Shown: positions 1 through 10,468 of the stretch, piece by piece
Layout of the letters: each line of letters starts with the position of its first letter
Position numbering within the stretch: position 1 is the stretch's first letter
Assembly: GCA_963575745.1 (NCBI GenBank)
Contig: CAUYUJ010000248.1
Span: 310,001 to 374,000 of the forward strand
Length of the DNA: 64,000 nucleotides
Direction of reading: 5' to 3'
Source: Prorocentrum cordatum
Lineage: Eukaryota
The notes under the pieces: generated by a model
What the model was told of the DNA's origin: nothing
Databases searched by the model: none
The model's input: only the letters and a program-made list of their open reading frames with translations
Made by a program: the position numbers and the translations under genes

Positions 1-38
<38 letters not shown>

Positions 39-141
39 TAGGTAGTAGTAGTAGTAGTAGTAGTAGTAGTACTAGTAGTACTACTAGTACTACTAGTAGT
101 GGTAGTAGGTAGTAGTGGCCGTAGTCGTAGTCGTAGTAGTC

Positions 142-192
<51 letters not shown>

Positions 193-262
193 ATAGTAGG
201 AGTAGTGGTGCAGTAGTAGTAGTAGTAGTAGTAGTAGTAGTCGTAGTCGTAGTCGTAGTCGT

Positions 263-294
<32 letters not shown>

Positions 295-358
295 TAGTAG
301 TAGTAGTCGTAGTACTACTCGTAGTAGTCGCAGTAGTCGCAGTAGTAGTAGTAGCAGC

Positions 359-393
<35 letters not shown>

Positions 394-440
394 GACTGGT
401 GGTAGTAGTAGTGGTCGTAGCAATCGTAGTAATAGTAGTC

Positions 441-488
<48 letters not shown>

Positions 489-634
489 ATAGTAGTAGTA
501 GTAGTAGTAGTAGTAGTGTAGTAGTAGTAGTAGTAGTAGTAGTAGCAGTAGTAGTAGTAGTCGTAGTCGTAGTCGTAGTCGTAGTCGTAGTCGTAGTCGT
601 AGTCGTAGTCGTAGTCGTAGTCGTAGTCGTAGAT

Positions 635-673
<39 letters not shown>

Positions 674-887
674 CTAGTAGTAGTAGTAGTAGTAGTCGTA
701 GTAGTAGTAGTAGTCGTAGTAGTAGTAGTCGCAGTAGTAGTAGTCGTAGTAGTAGTAGTAGTAGTAGTCGTCGTCGTCGTCGTCGTAATAGTAATAGTGG
801 TAGTCGTGGAAGTAGTAGTGGTAGTAGTAGTGGTCGGTGTAGTAGTAGTAGTAGTCGTAGTAGTAGTAGTAGTAGTAGTAGTAGTAA

Positions 888-924
<37 letters not shown>

Positions 925-958
925 CGTAGTCGTAGTCGTAGTCGTAGTCGTAGTAGCA
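1..958. repeat. (TAG)n / (TAGTCG)n microsatellite
   Basis: Directly visible; explains the poly-V/S/L/Y ORFs. Confidence 0.97.
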
Positions 959-2377
959 ATCGTTGTAGTTAGTGCAAACGTGGAGGAGGATGAAGATCAT
1001 AGGCCCTGGGGGGGTCGCTGGGGGGGTGGGACCAAGCAACAAACAGCCGACGATTCTCATACGCGTGATGATAGAATGTAACTTGTCGAACACGGCCTGA
1101 AAAGGTCCACAGGCGGCCCATGAAGGCGGCATATCAGTCCAGTGGGACGCCTACTGAACCCAATGTTTTCCGAAACGGCCCAAGAAGTCCCGCGATGCCG
1201 CCGAACCCCGTTCAAAAACACGTGCACTTCAACTTGCGCGTTCGGACGGTTGTCAGTTTGAATATTTCGGGCGCCCACAGGGCCTGGGCACAGCCCGAAA
1301 CGGCTCATGGAAGCCCTGGGAGATCCAGGACAGCTTGAGATGGCTCAAGAGAGCCCGTATATGCCACCCGTGTGGGATCCCAAAGGCACCCGCGACAAGG
1401 CGGGGCGGTGGCGGTGACGGCGGGTGATGGCGAAGTCGCCATTGCCCAGAGTCTGGCCCCGACTGGACACCTGCCAGCGGGCGGACGCGTCGCTCTTGCA
1501 AGCGCTCGCAACTCCTGATTCCGATTGCAAAAGTCGGCGCGCGCCGACTGCCCCGCCGACTGCAGCCGCCGCCGAGTCGGACCCCCGCCAGCCGCCACAC
1601 CCGCGGACACCTCAGTCCCGATCAGCCGCCCTAGTGCCTCGACCTCTTCTTGGTGGAGAGATTGGACACTGGCCAGTTGTCCACGCCCGCGACCTTCGCG
1701 CGGGCCGCCCGCAGGATCTCCTGCGCCGCCGACGGCTCGCGGCGGCGTCTGCGCTCCAGTGGAGCGCCCGGCGCCTCGCCCGGCGGCGTCTGCGCTCCAG
1801 TGGAGCGCCCGGCGCTTCGCCCGAGGAAGTTGTCTGCTCCCGCGCGAGGTGCAGATTGCCGCGGCGCCTGGTCGAACACCGCGACGGCGGACGTCGCGCC
1901 TGCCTTGTATTCGCAGTGCCGAATTCGCCTGGCGGTGCGCGTGCCGAGAGCTCATACAAACGGCATCCGCTCATACGTCGCCCATAAGTTGAGCTTCGCC
2001 GCCAGCGTTCTCTTGTCCACGCGCACGACCTGCTGGTCGCTGCTGTTCATCACCGCGTGCACCTGCTCGTCCCGCGTGGCCCCCTCTCCATAGACCTGGC
2101 TCTGGGCCTCGGTGAGCCGGCTCCTGAAACGAACGTTGTTCATGAAGAAATCGGCTTTCTTTGGCTGGCACGCCGCCGCGGACGGCGGTCGCAGCGACCC
2201 TTTTTGTCGTCCTTCACGTCCATCCTCTTGGGGTACACGCGGGCGACTGCTGCAAGCAGCGTCGCCAATTCCTCCCGCGCGAAGCCCGAGGCCGCCCTTC
2301 CGAATGTGCTCGACTAACTTCTTCTCCCTGGCCGTGGCGGCCGCCGCCTGGCGGCCACGGAAGACAGGCTCGGCCGG

Positions 2378-3047
2378 GGAGGAGGATGGCAGGAGGAGGA
2401 GGAGGAGGATGGCAGGAGGAGGATGGCAGGAGGAGGATGGCAGGAGGAGGATAGCAGGAGGAGGAGGAGGAGGAGGAGGAGGAGGAGGAGGAGGAGGAGG
2501 GGCACGGCTGCATCGCGCCGCCTCAGCGCGGAGACTGCGCGGGCGCCGGCGTTGGCGGCTTCTGGGCGAGGAGCACCTCTCTTCGGCAGCCCTCGAGCCG
2601 CGGCGCTCCTCTGGCCGCGCCGGCGGCTGCCCCAGCCGCGGCCGCTGGCCTCCCGGTCAGGCCGCCTGCGGCCGCCCCCCGCCGCGGGCGCGCCCCGCGC
2701 GGCCGCCATCGGCGAGTCCTGCCTCGGAGAGCGAGGGGTCGTCGGACGCCCGGGGAGGGGGAGGCGCACGGGTGCTCCGCGCCATCTCGGCGCGGAGAGT
2801 CCGAGCGGGCGCGGGCGCTCAGCATATCGAAGCCCCCACGGCTGCCTCCGGGGGCCTCGGAAAAAGTGAGGGGTGTCGCTCGAGGTCGAGCGGCGCTTGC
2901 ACGGGGGCCGAGGGACCAGAGAAGGCCCGCGCCGTCAGGGCAGCAACGTGCCATAGAAGGAGGGGGCGGAGCGGGGGCAGAGGAGGAAGGGGCGCTGGCC
3001 TCGTCGTGCTCCTCCCTTTGCGCCTCCTCCTCATCCTCCTACTCCTG

Positions 3048-3094
<47 letters not shown>

Positions 3095-3689
3095 GTCATC
3101 ATCAGCAGCATCATCAGCAGCATCATCATCATTAGCATCATCACCACTTCTTCATCAGCATCATCATCATCATCATCATCATCATCAGCATCATCATCAT
3201 CATCATCATCATCATTATGTTTATCAACACCAGCAGCATCATCATAATCATAATTAGCATCGTCATCGCCATCATCATCATCATCAGCAGCAGCAGCAGC
3301 AGCATCAGCATCAGCATCAGCATCAGCATCATCAACCTCATCTGCATCATCATCATCATCATCATCATCATCAGCATCAGCATCAGCATCATCATCATCG
3401 TCATCATCATTGTCGTCGTCGTCATCATCATCATCGTCATCGTCATCGTCATCATTACATACACTTCCAGCTTGCCACGGCTACCCCAGCTAGATGTGCC
3501 TCTGTTCCTCTGGAGCCATAACACTGCTGGCAGGGAATAGGGAAACGGAAGTTGTTGCTAGGCCCAGGTTGCTAGCCCCAGGTTGCGGTGTGTACGGGCC
3601 CCCTGCCTGGCTTCTCGAACCAGAACGGCTTGAGCCAGAGTGGCTTGAGCCTGGAGGGGGGCGGTGTGTTTCCTCCTCATCATCCTTCC

Positions 3690-3764
<75 letters not shown>

Positions 3765-4410
3765 GCATCATCAGCATCATCATCATCCTCATCCTCATCC
3801 CTGTCCTCATCCTCATCTTCATCCTCATCCTCATCCTCATCCTCGTCCTCCTCCTCGTCCTCGTCCTCCTCTTCCTCCTCACCCTCCTCATACTCCTCAT
3901 CCCTCCCTCCCTCCCTCCCTCCCTCCCTCCCTCCCTCCCTCCCTGCCCGCCCCCACTCACTCCTCCCCGGCCGCCGCCCGCCCGCGCAGGCGCTGGGGGG
4001 GCCTTGCCGAAGCCGCGGAGCCGCGGCCAGGCGGCGTCCGCCCCCGTGGGCATGGCCAGGGCAGGCGGGCAGGCAAGGGAGGGAGGGGAAGGGAGGGAGG
4101 GGAAGGAAGGGAGGGGGGAGGGAGGAGGGAGGGTCGAGGAGCGGCCACGCGCGAGGAGGGAGGGTCGAGGAGGGAGGGAGGAAGGGGAAGAACAACGAGG
4201 AGGAGGGCAATCACGGAAGAATTAGGAAGAGGGGGGAAGGAGTTGAGAGGAGTGAGGAAGAGTGAGGAGGAGTGAGGAGGAATGATGGAGGAGTGAGGAG
4301 GAGGAGGAGGAGGAGGAGGAGGAGGAGGAGGAGGAGGAGGAGGAGTGAGGGGGGAGCGAGGACGAATGAGGAGGAGCGAGGCGGAGGAGTAAGGAGGAAT
4401 GAGGTAAGAG
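2378..4410. repeat. Low-complexity tract: (GGA)n, (CAT)n, (CCCT)n
   Basis: Directly visible triplet and tetramer runs interleaved with GC-rich sequence. Confidence 0.9.
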
Positions 4411-4413
4411 TGA

Positions 4414-4603
4414 GATATCGTGATATCGAGGTGCCGTGAGAGCGGGCTGCGAGCACACCTTGGACCCGTCTCACCCCAGAAAGCCTGGACAAAAATGGCG
4501 GCGAGGCGCGAGCACGGAGCAGCACAAGAGCAAGATGAAGAGGAGGATGTGAGGACTCTCAAGGGTGGGTCGGAAATGAGAGAAAGAGAGAGAGAGAGAG
4601 AGA
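4414..4603 (-). repeat. 3' terminal direct repeat (pseudo-LTR) of the Penelope-like element
   Basis: GATATCGTGATATCGAGGTGCCGTGAGAGCGGGC...GGGTCGGAAATGAGAGA; near-identical to 10287-10468. Confidence 0.92.
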
Positions 4604-5201
4604 TCCCAGAGTCTGGATCTCGACGCGCGGGCCAAAGGCCTGCTCGAAGTTGCAGCCATCGTGGATGATGTCGCTCAGCTGGCCACTCGGCCAGGGGGAA
4701 GAGGAGGAGAGGGTCCTGGTCACGTCTCGGCATCATCGTCAAAGTCAGGGGAAGGGGAGAGAGAGCGAGAAAGAGAGAGAGAGAGAGAGGTGCCCATCAC
4801 TTCCCGCGGTACCACGCGTGGTACTCGCACCCACGGATGGACAGGGACCTCGAGTCATTGGGCAGTGTCAAACCGATTGCAATCATAGAAATGGTGAAGG
4901 AAAGGTGCCACGGTGGGAGTAACAGGAAGGGCATGGGACGGTGGGAACGCACTGGTCAGCCATCCAGCGACAGCACAGGGCGAACACACAAGCCTGATCA
5001 ATCGGGCATCCTGGGGCAGAGGGGGCAGGGACGGAGCGGACGGTGCTGACAGCTGGGCGCATTCTGGACTCAGGCTGCATTGGGCTCCCAAGGCCTGTGA
5101 GGTCCCACAGGGTTGGGGGAGGGGAGGGATGAGTAGGATGCTAAAGAGGAAGGAGGGAGGTAGGGAGGAAATAATCACCTGGGAGGCCATACATATCAAC
5201 G

Positions 5202-5585
5202 CTAATCTACAAGTTGAGCCTCGTAGGCTGGCGAATCACGGATGGTCCTATTCATCTGTTTACGTCCTTGTGAGAAGTAGGTGAGGCAGGGGAGGCTAGG
5301 AGGACAACCTTGCAGGCACCCGACGACGAGCGGGATGGAGGCGCCCATCACGCCTGACACCATGTGCTGCACGGCAGCCTGCTCACGACTGTAGGCCAGG
5401 GTGAACGGGAGCTGAAACGAGTTGAGCAATTCCTGGACATAGGAAACCTCGCGGGTGTGGGTCCAGTTGAGAGTCACGTAGGTTTTCAACACTTGTGATA
5501 CCCGCCAGTCATCCACTGGGAACGTGATCCATAACATTACCGCGAGCATGAAGCCTGCGATGAACGAACCAAGGAATTGATGCAT
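5202..5585 (-). CDS. Element accessory ORF (~127 aa), putative small membrane or secreted protein
   Basis: MHQFLGSFIAGFMLAVMLWITF hydrophobic N-terminus, NWT sequon, second weaker hydrophobic segment MVSGVMGASIPLVVGCL; non-repetitive sequence. Confidence 0.4.
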   Translation of the reverse strand: MHQFLGSFIAGFMLAVMLWITFPVDDWRVSQVLKTYVTLNWTHTREVSYVQELLNSFQLPFTLAYSREQAAVQHMVSGVMGASIPLVVGCLQGCPPSLPCLTYFSQGRKQMNRTIRDSPAYEAQLVD

Positions 5586-5672
5586 AGGAAAGCCTCCATC
5601 GCACAACTCGTCATCGTGCGCGTCTAGCTGCAACCCAAATTTTGTGTCAGCATCTGTCGCATTCGAGTTGAT

Positions 5673-6497
5673 TCAGAGCGCTGGCCCATCTATGATGTGC
5701 AGCACCTGCGAGATGCGCTTCTCCTTGGAGCTTGGAACTGCTTTGCGAGGGAAGTGCGACTTGATGCACTTGTTGACCTGTCCGACCGACGCCTTATCAC
5801 GCATGGCCTCCTCAAGCCTTGACGCCGCCTGGGCCCACGTGAGCTTCGACGGGAGCGTCTTCTTCTTGCCGATGATCGACTGGAGCCAGACCACCTCCGC
5901 TCTGCTCATGACGTCCTGGGAGCCAGCAGGGCCCGCAACTGGAGTCGGCGAGCAGCCGCGGCCCGCCTCATCCGTCACCTTGGTCTCCTTCGTCTCCTTC
6001 TGGGCCTCAAGCTTGGAGAGGCGATCGCCGAAGGCCGACTTCATCGCTGCTGCCATGTACTCGCCCTGGCGCCTCAGCTGCATCCCCTCTGCCCTGTCCT
6101 TCTTGTCCTTGATGAACGCACAGTACTCTGGATCACGCTCAGCAAGGGCAGCACGCATCTTCTGGAGCTCCTTCTCCTGCGCCGACGGGGAGCGGGAGCG
6201 ACCGCCCCCACCAGCACGGCGGGCTCGGTCGCCATCACGATCGTCGCGCCCATCCCCACGGCGGTCGGGAGAACGGCGGCGGTCCCGATCACGGTCACGA
6301 TCTCTATCACGGTCGTAGTTATCACCGCGACGATCCCAATCGCGACGGTCATATCCATTACCTCGATCACCTTCACGACGTGGCCACTGGCCCCGCTCGG
6401 ACTGCCAGTCGACTCGACCACCGTCCCGACGGTCACGATCAGCATCGTAGCGTCGCCAATGTTGACGGCGCTCACCGCCACGGCCGTCACCACCCAT
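5673..6497 (-). CDS. Element accessory ORF (~274 aa): RD/RG/RS-rich N-terminus, predicted coiled coil, basic helical C-terminus
   Basis: Open from ATG 6497 (MGGDGRGG...DRDRDRDRRRSPDRR...RSRSPSAQEKELQKMRAALAERDPEY...); starts where the RT thumb-like region ends; same strand as RT. Confidence 0.6.
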   Translation of the reverse strand: MGGDGRGGERRQHWRRYDADRDRRDGGRVDWQSERGQWPRREGDRGNGYDRRDWDRRGDNYDRDRDRDRDRDRRRSPDRRGDGRDDRDGDRARRAGGGGRSRSPSAQEKELQKMRAALAERDPEYCAFIKDKKDRAEGMQLRRQGEYMAAAMKSAFGDRLSKLEAQKETKETKVTDEAGRGCSPTPVAGPAGSQDVMSRAEVVWLQSIIGKKKTLPSKLTWAQAASRLEEAMRDKASVGQVNKCIKSHFPRKAVPSSKEKRISQVLHIIDGPAL

Positions 6498-6499
6498 GC

Positions 6500-9400
6500 C
6501 TTGGAGAGGAAGTGGAGAGGAAGAAAGAACGTGTGCCACTGACGTGTTACTGCTCGAGCTTTCTGGGTAGCCATGGACCAGGGGCAACGATGTAGGGCTG
6601 TCTGGATGAGGCCCGCGGGGCACCCCAAGAAGATGAGCTCCAGGGTCAACTCCAAGATCCAGGCCAGCGTCACAGGGATGGTAAGGGACAAGTGTTGGGC
6701 ACGGGCCAGGCGTCCTGAGTACAGGGCAACAACCGTCCCAAAGCCCCTGGGTGTAGTGCCTGGCCAGGGAAGGATGCCAGGTTTTGGACGGGGTCCAGGA
6801 TCACGGGCAATGAGCCAGAGCTTGTTGTCGTTCTTGGGGGCGATCCAGCAGGAGCCTTGTTGAGGCCACAGTTCCAAGTCCAGCCATACGCAGGGGGCTT
6901 CGGGGTCCTCGAGCTGGAGACAGCTTCACCTTATACACCAACGTGAGATAGTCAAAAACACATGTTCTGCAATACGATCTGCTAACTCCTAGCATATCAT
7001 CCGCATAACGCCGTTGACGAACTTCGATAGAGGACGAAGAAGTCGATAAAGTAAAACCTGACTTCACAAACTGCTCAGGCCTGCGTTGGGCCCGCATCCC
7101 ATACCAAGCCAGAAGTATAGAGAGGGCTACACCAGAGAGAACACCACCTATCGGGAGACCTCGGAGTTCGTATACTATGCCACCAATCGTAACGAGCGAA
7201 AGCCAGCGGTAGGCGAGGAGGGTGCGACCAATGTCCGAGGTCGAGATCTTAAAATACGTGGGAGGCGTGCCCGAAGTGAACGTGCGTGTCTTCACCTCCT
7301 TGCCTCGTTTGACGAGAGCTGCATCGGTGCCAAGCTGATGGATCACTGCAGCTGAAACGTCCCGCCAGGCTTCAGCAATGAGGCCTGCTCCACACTGCTC
7401 ATACGCCTGATCAGCATCAGCGACGACGGTGGTCACGTTTTTGAGCACACAACCGCACCTGAGGCAGGCGTCGTTCGCTGGCGGCTCGAGTTCGGAAACT
7501 ATGGCACGCACCTCGCGAGCTGCGTGGTTCATATTGAACACCTCTGACGAAAGTCCACTTGCCTGCAGCAGGTGGCGTGAGGCACGTCCAATCTATCTGA
7601 AGCCTTCAGTCCCAGGAGCGTCAGCCGAATTTACAATTCTACGCATACAGCTATGCCCAGGTTTCGAGCAACCCCTAGTACCATCATCCAGGAAGCACTT
7701 ACTCTTTACCGTCGGGAAAACGTACGGGGGTGTCGTCGTCTGGGAGGGTCTAGGCATCAGATTTCCTTTACGTAGCCAAGTAGGTAAGCCTTGGTAAGCA
7801 CGAGTCCAAAGCCAAACAGCTGCATCATATCTAGATAGATCATATCTAACAGTCCAGTCATCATCTAGTTCAGCAGTTTGGTGGAGCCAGCGAACAACAT
7901 CAGGGCCGTCAGCCCTCCAGGCCTTATCACCTTGCTTGTCATCGGCAATGATAATCTTGCCGTCCGCTTGGGCCACCGAGGTCTGGAGGGTCGCCTCCAA
8001 GTCCTGCCAATTTGCCCGGTGGGGAGCCTCGTGGGTCCTGATGGGGGCCCGCCGTGGACGAGAACCTTTTTGTGATGTGGTCGAGGCCCTTGCGGATCTG
8101 ACGGGGGCCCAAGCGTGCAGCCTGTGTCCACTCAGGTAGAGCCGCCTCAGCAGCCCTCGCCGAGATTTTGGGAGCCTGCCAAACTGGCAGTCGCCAACGT
8201 CCTGGAAGAGCTCGAAGAGAGAGGGGACCTGAAACAGATTGGGAGTCGGAGATAGGGGCGGGGAGGCACTCTGGCTTGGACTCGGCACAGAACCTGCTAG
8301 CAGAAACCTGATCCTTCCAGATCCGTTGGCCCTTCAACGCGACACGAGCAGGTCTCTGATACCACAATCTGGCTGGGGCAGACTTCATGCTGTTGGTCAT
8401 GTGCCTGATGGCACCACGGGCAATGCACCGGTACTCACACATCTTGAACTCATGCGGAAGACGGAGCACATGGCATTTTGCAGCTGGGAGATTCAGCGTG
8501 CGTGAATGTCGATCGATGTGAAGCCGTGCCATGCGCTGTCTCGTAAATTCTTGAAGAAAGAGATGACGCAAACTCGCCGCTTTGAAATATATGGCACCTT
8601 GTTCTGCACGCGAGATATATCTACAGAAAGGGAGGGGCTTCCATTTTCCAGATAAGTAAGCTAAGAGCAGTCCCAGACGGGAGGGTTCGAGTAGCCAAAG
8701 CTGTTCCTCCTGTTGGGTAAGATGAAAGTGCTCACGGATCTGCAGAACATACAATTCGCCAAACGGCGCCGACTCCGATAACGCACCTGGGAAGTGAGCA
8801 AGAGGGCCCCGAACCTGAACCGCTAGTAGTTCTGATACTGCTGTGGTAGCTGATAACCAGGCGGGTGGGGGAACACGTCGGGGAGGGCGTCGTCTCCAGG
8901 ATGGTGGGCGTCTACGGGGCGTATTCTTCTTGGGGGCTGAGTAGAGGGTCCCGAGGCCACGTCTTTGGCTCATGAGTTCCGTTTCACGCTCGTCCGCTCG
9001 GTTGTTGTTCGGTCTAAAACGTCGTATCGCTAACGCCTCGAAGTGAAAGCTCGCTGCCTCCGTGGGGACCCAGAGGAACGGGATGAAGAACAAAGACCCC
9101 GGACTCCTCCGAAGTTCTCGATATCGAGGTCGATTACTTGGTCGAACTCGGGGGAACATCAGGCCCCTCATGTGCTCCTGGATGCGCCCCAAGACTCCCG
9201 AGAGAACGCCCGACCTCAGAATCGCCTTGCCTACGTAGACGGAGGAGTGCGAGCCTAAGATGTAGACGATGGCCTTGTGGGGGTCCGTCGAGAGGCCTAG
9301 CATGCTCTTGAAAGCGAGAACTACCACGGGCTCCGACCAATCTTGAACACCTCGAGGCCACTCGGGAGGGAGGAGACGGAGCACTCGTCGAGCCCACCTC

Positions 9401-10017
9401 GACGGGGACGCAGATCGGATCTCGAATTGCAGTCGCACCAGGCCTGACATCAGCAGCACCACGCCCACGGTGCTCCGGAACGCAGGGCCTCGAAAGGCCC
9501 TCGTGCTTGACGGTTGCGAGCTTATGAACTCGGTCAAGAGCGCGAAGACTGTTGAGAGATGTGCACGAAAGTGTCGGTGTGTACGGCGTGCCCAAAGCCA
9601 CGAACGAATCGCACCACCAACTTCACCTCGGGTAAGGCCTGAATTCCTGCGAAGAACATGCATAAGAAAGGCTCGTGCCTGTTCAAGGGCACGAGGCTGA
9701 TCACGTGGTAGAGGAATCAGGAGTCGATTGAGCTCCAGTTCCTCCTCCTCGGCACATACCATGGGCCCCACCTCGGGGTGTTGATCCAGCCAATGCTGTT
9801 GTAGCTGTCCACGCTGCTGCTGGTGTCGTCCTCTGATTCCGCCGAGCGTCCCGCTAGCATCCTGATGCTCGCGGCCGAGAGGAGCCATCTCTCCGTCTGC
9901 GCGTCCTGAGCTTCGATCTCCGCCTGGAACTTCCTCCAGGCCATCTCCATGTCCCAGAGCGGCGGTCCGAAGATTTGGTAGTAGGGCACCGATGTCTGTG
10001 TCACTGCCTGTAGCCAT
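6500..10017 (-). pseudogene. GIY-YIG endonuclease-reverse transcriptase polyprotein, disrupted (about 2 frameshifts and 1 stop)
   Basis: GIY-YIG: IVYILGSHSSVYVGK...GRIQEH...FEALAIRRFRPNNN (~9000-9275). RT: ADDKQ, PYVFPTVK...RRIVN, VADADQAYE (~7400), GLPIGGVLS (~7150), RRYADD (YADD 6996-7007), WLDLEL, and thumb-like LARA...ELIFLGCP. Frameshifts near 8045 and 6910; in-frame TAG at 7593-7595. Confidence 0.88.
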
Positions 10018-10097
10018 CGTTCTGGACGCTGGTTGAAGTTCTTCACGAGGGTGTAGATCTCGTATACACTAATCACTGTCAGGAACGTCGGAGGCAT
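9717..10097 (-). CDS. Possible 5' accessory ORF (~126 aa) of the Penelope-like element
   Basis: MPPTFLTVISVYEIYTLVKNFNQRPERWLQ...; protein-like composition; overlaps the start of the pol frame. Confidence 0.3.
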   Translation of the reverse strand: MPPTFLTVISVYEIYTLVKNFNQRPERWLQAVTQTSVPYYQIFGPPLWDMEMAWRKFQAEIEAQDAQTERWLLSAASIRMLAGRSAESEDDTSSSVDSYNSIGWINTPRWGPWYVPRRRNWSSIDS

Positions 10098-10286
10098 CTC
10101 GGAGAGGTAGTGGGGAGAGGAGTGCTGCTGCGTCTCGGGACGATACGAGCGCGATCCAGGAACTGGTGCGTGATCCTTGCGCCTCCGTTGCTCGGGAAGT
10201 CCAAGCCGGCTAGACACAAGATGTGAGAGAGTCCCGTTCTGCGAAACCCACCTTTCTTCCAACAGAGATATCGCTGGCGTCTGGTC

Positions 10287-10468
10287 GATATCGTGATATC
10301 GAGGTGCCGTGAGAGCGGGCTGTGAGCACACCTTGGGCCCGTCTCACCCCAGAAAGCCTGGACAAAAATGGCGGCGAGGCGCGAGCACGGAGCAGCACAA
10401 GAGCAAGACGAAGAGGAGGATGTGAGGACTCTCACGGGAGGGTCGGAAATGAGAGAGAGAGAGAGAGA
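10287..10468 (-). repeat. 5' terminal direct repeat (pseudo-LTR) of the Penelope-like element
   Basis: Matches 4414-4603 with only a few substitutions; ends in (GA)n next to a poly-A run. Confidence 0.92.

Larger units (their letters stand above)
4414..10468 (-). mobile_element. Penelope-like retroelement with N-terminal GIY-YIG endonuclease (Chlamys/Naiad-type domain order), bounded by direct repeats (pseudo-LTR)
   Basis: ~190-bp direct repeats at 4414-4603 and 10287-10468 enclose GIY-YIG and RT motifs on the minus strand. Confidence 0.85.

Noticed and set aside
1341..1349. Dinoflagellate spliced-leader relic (TGGCTCAAG)
   Set aside because: Only 9 nt match, within a small hairpin, and no coding sequence follows.
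5644..6318. Plus-strand 224-aa ORF, and antisense ORFs over the SET and YR regions
   Set aside because: These are shadow ORFs of GC-rich coding sequence on the opposite strand.
4414..10468. LTR retrotransposon or group II intron interpretation of the RT element
   Set aside because: The repeats lack TG...CA ends; there is no protease, RNase H or integrase, and no intron domain V. GIY-YIG plus this RT motif style fits PLEs.
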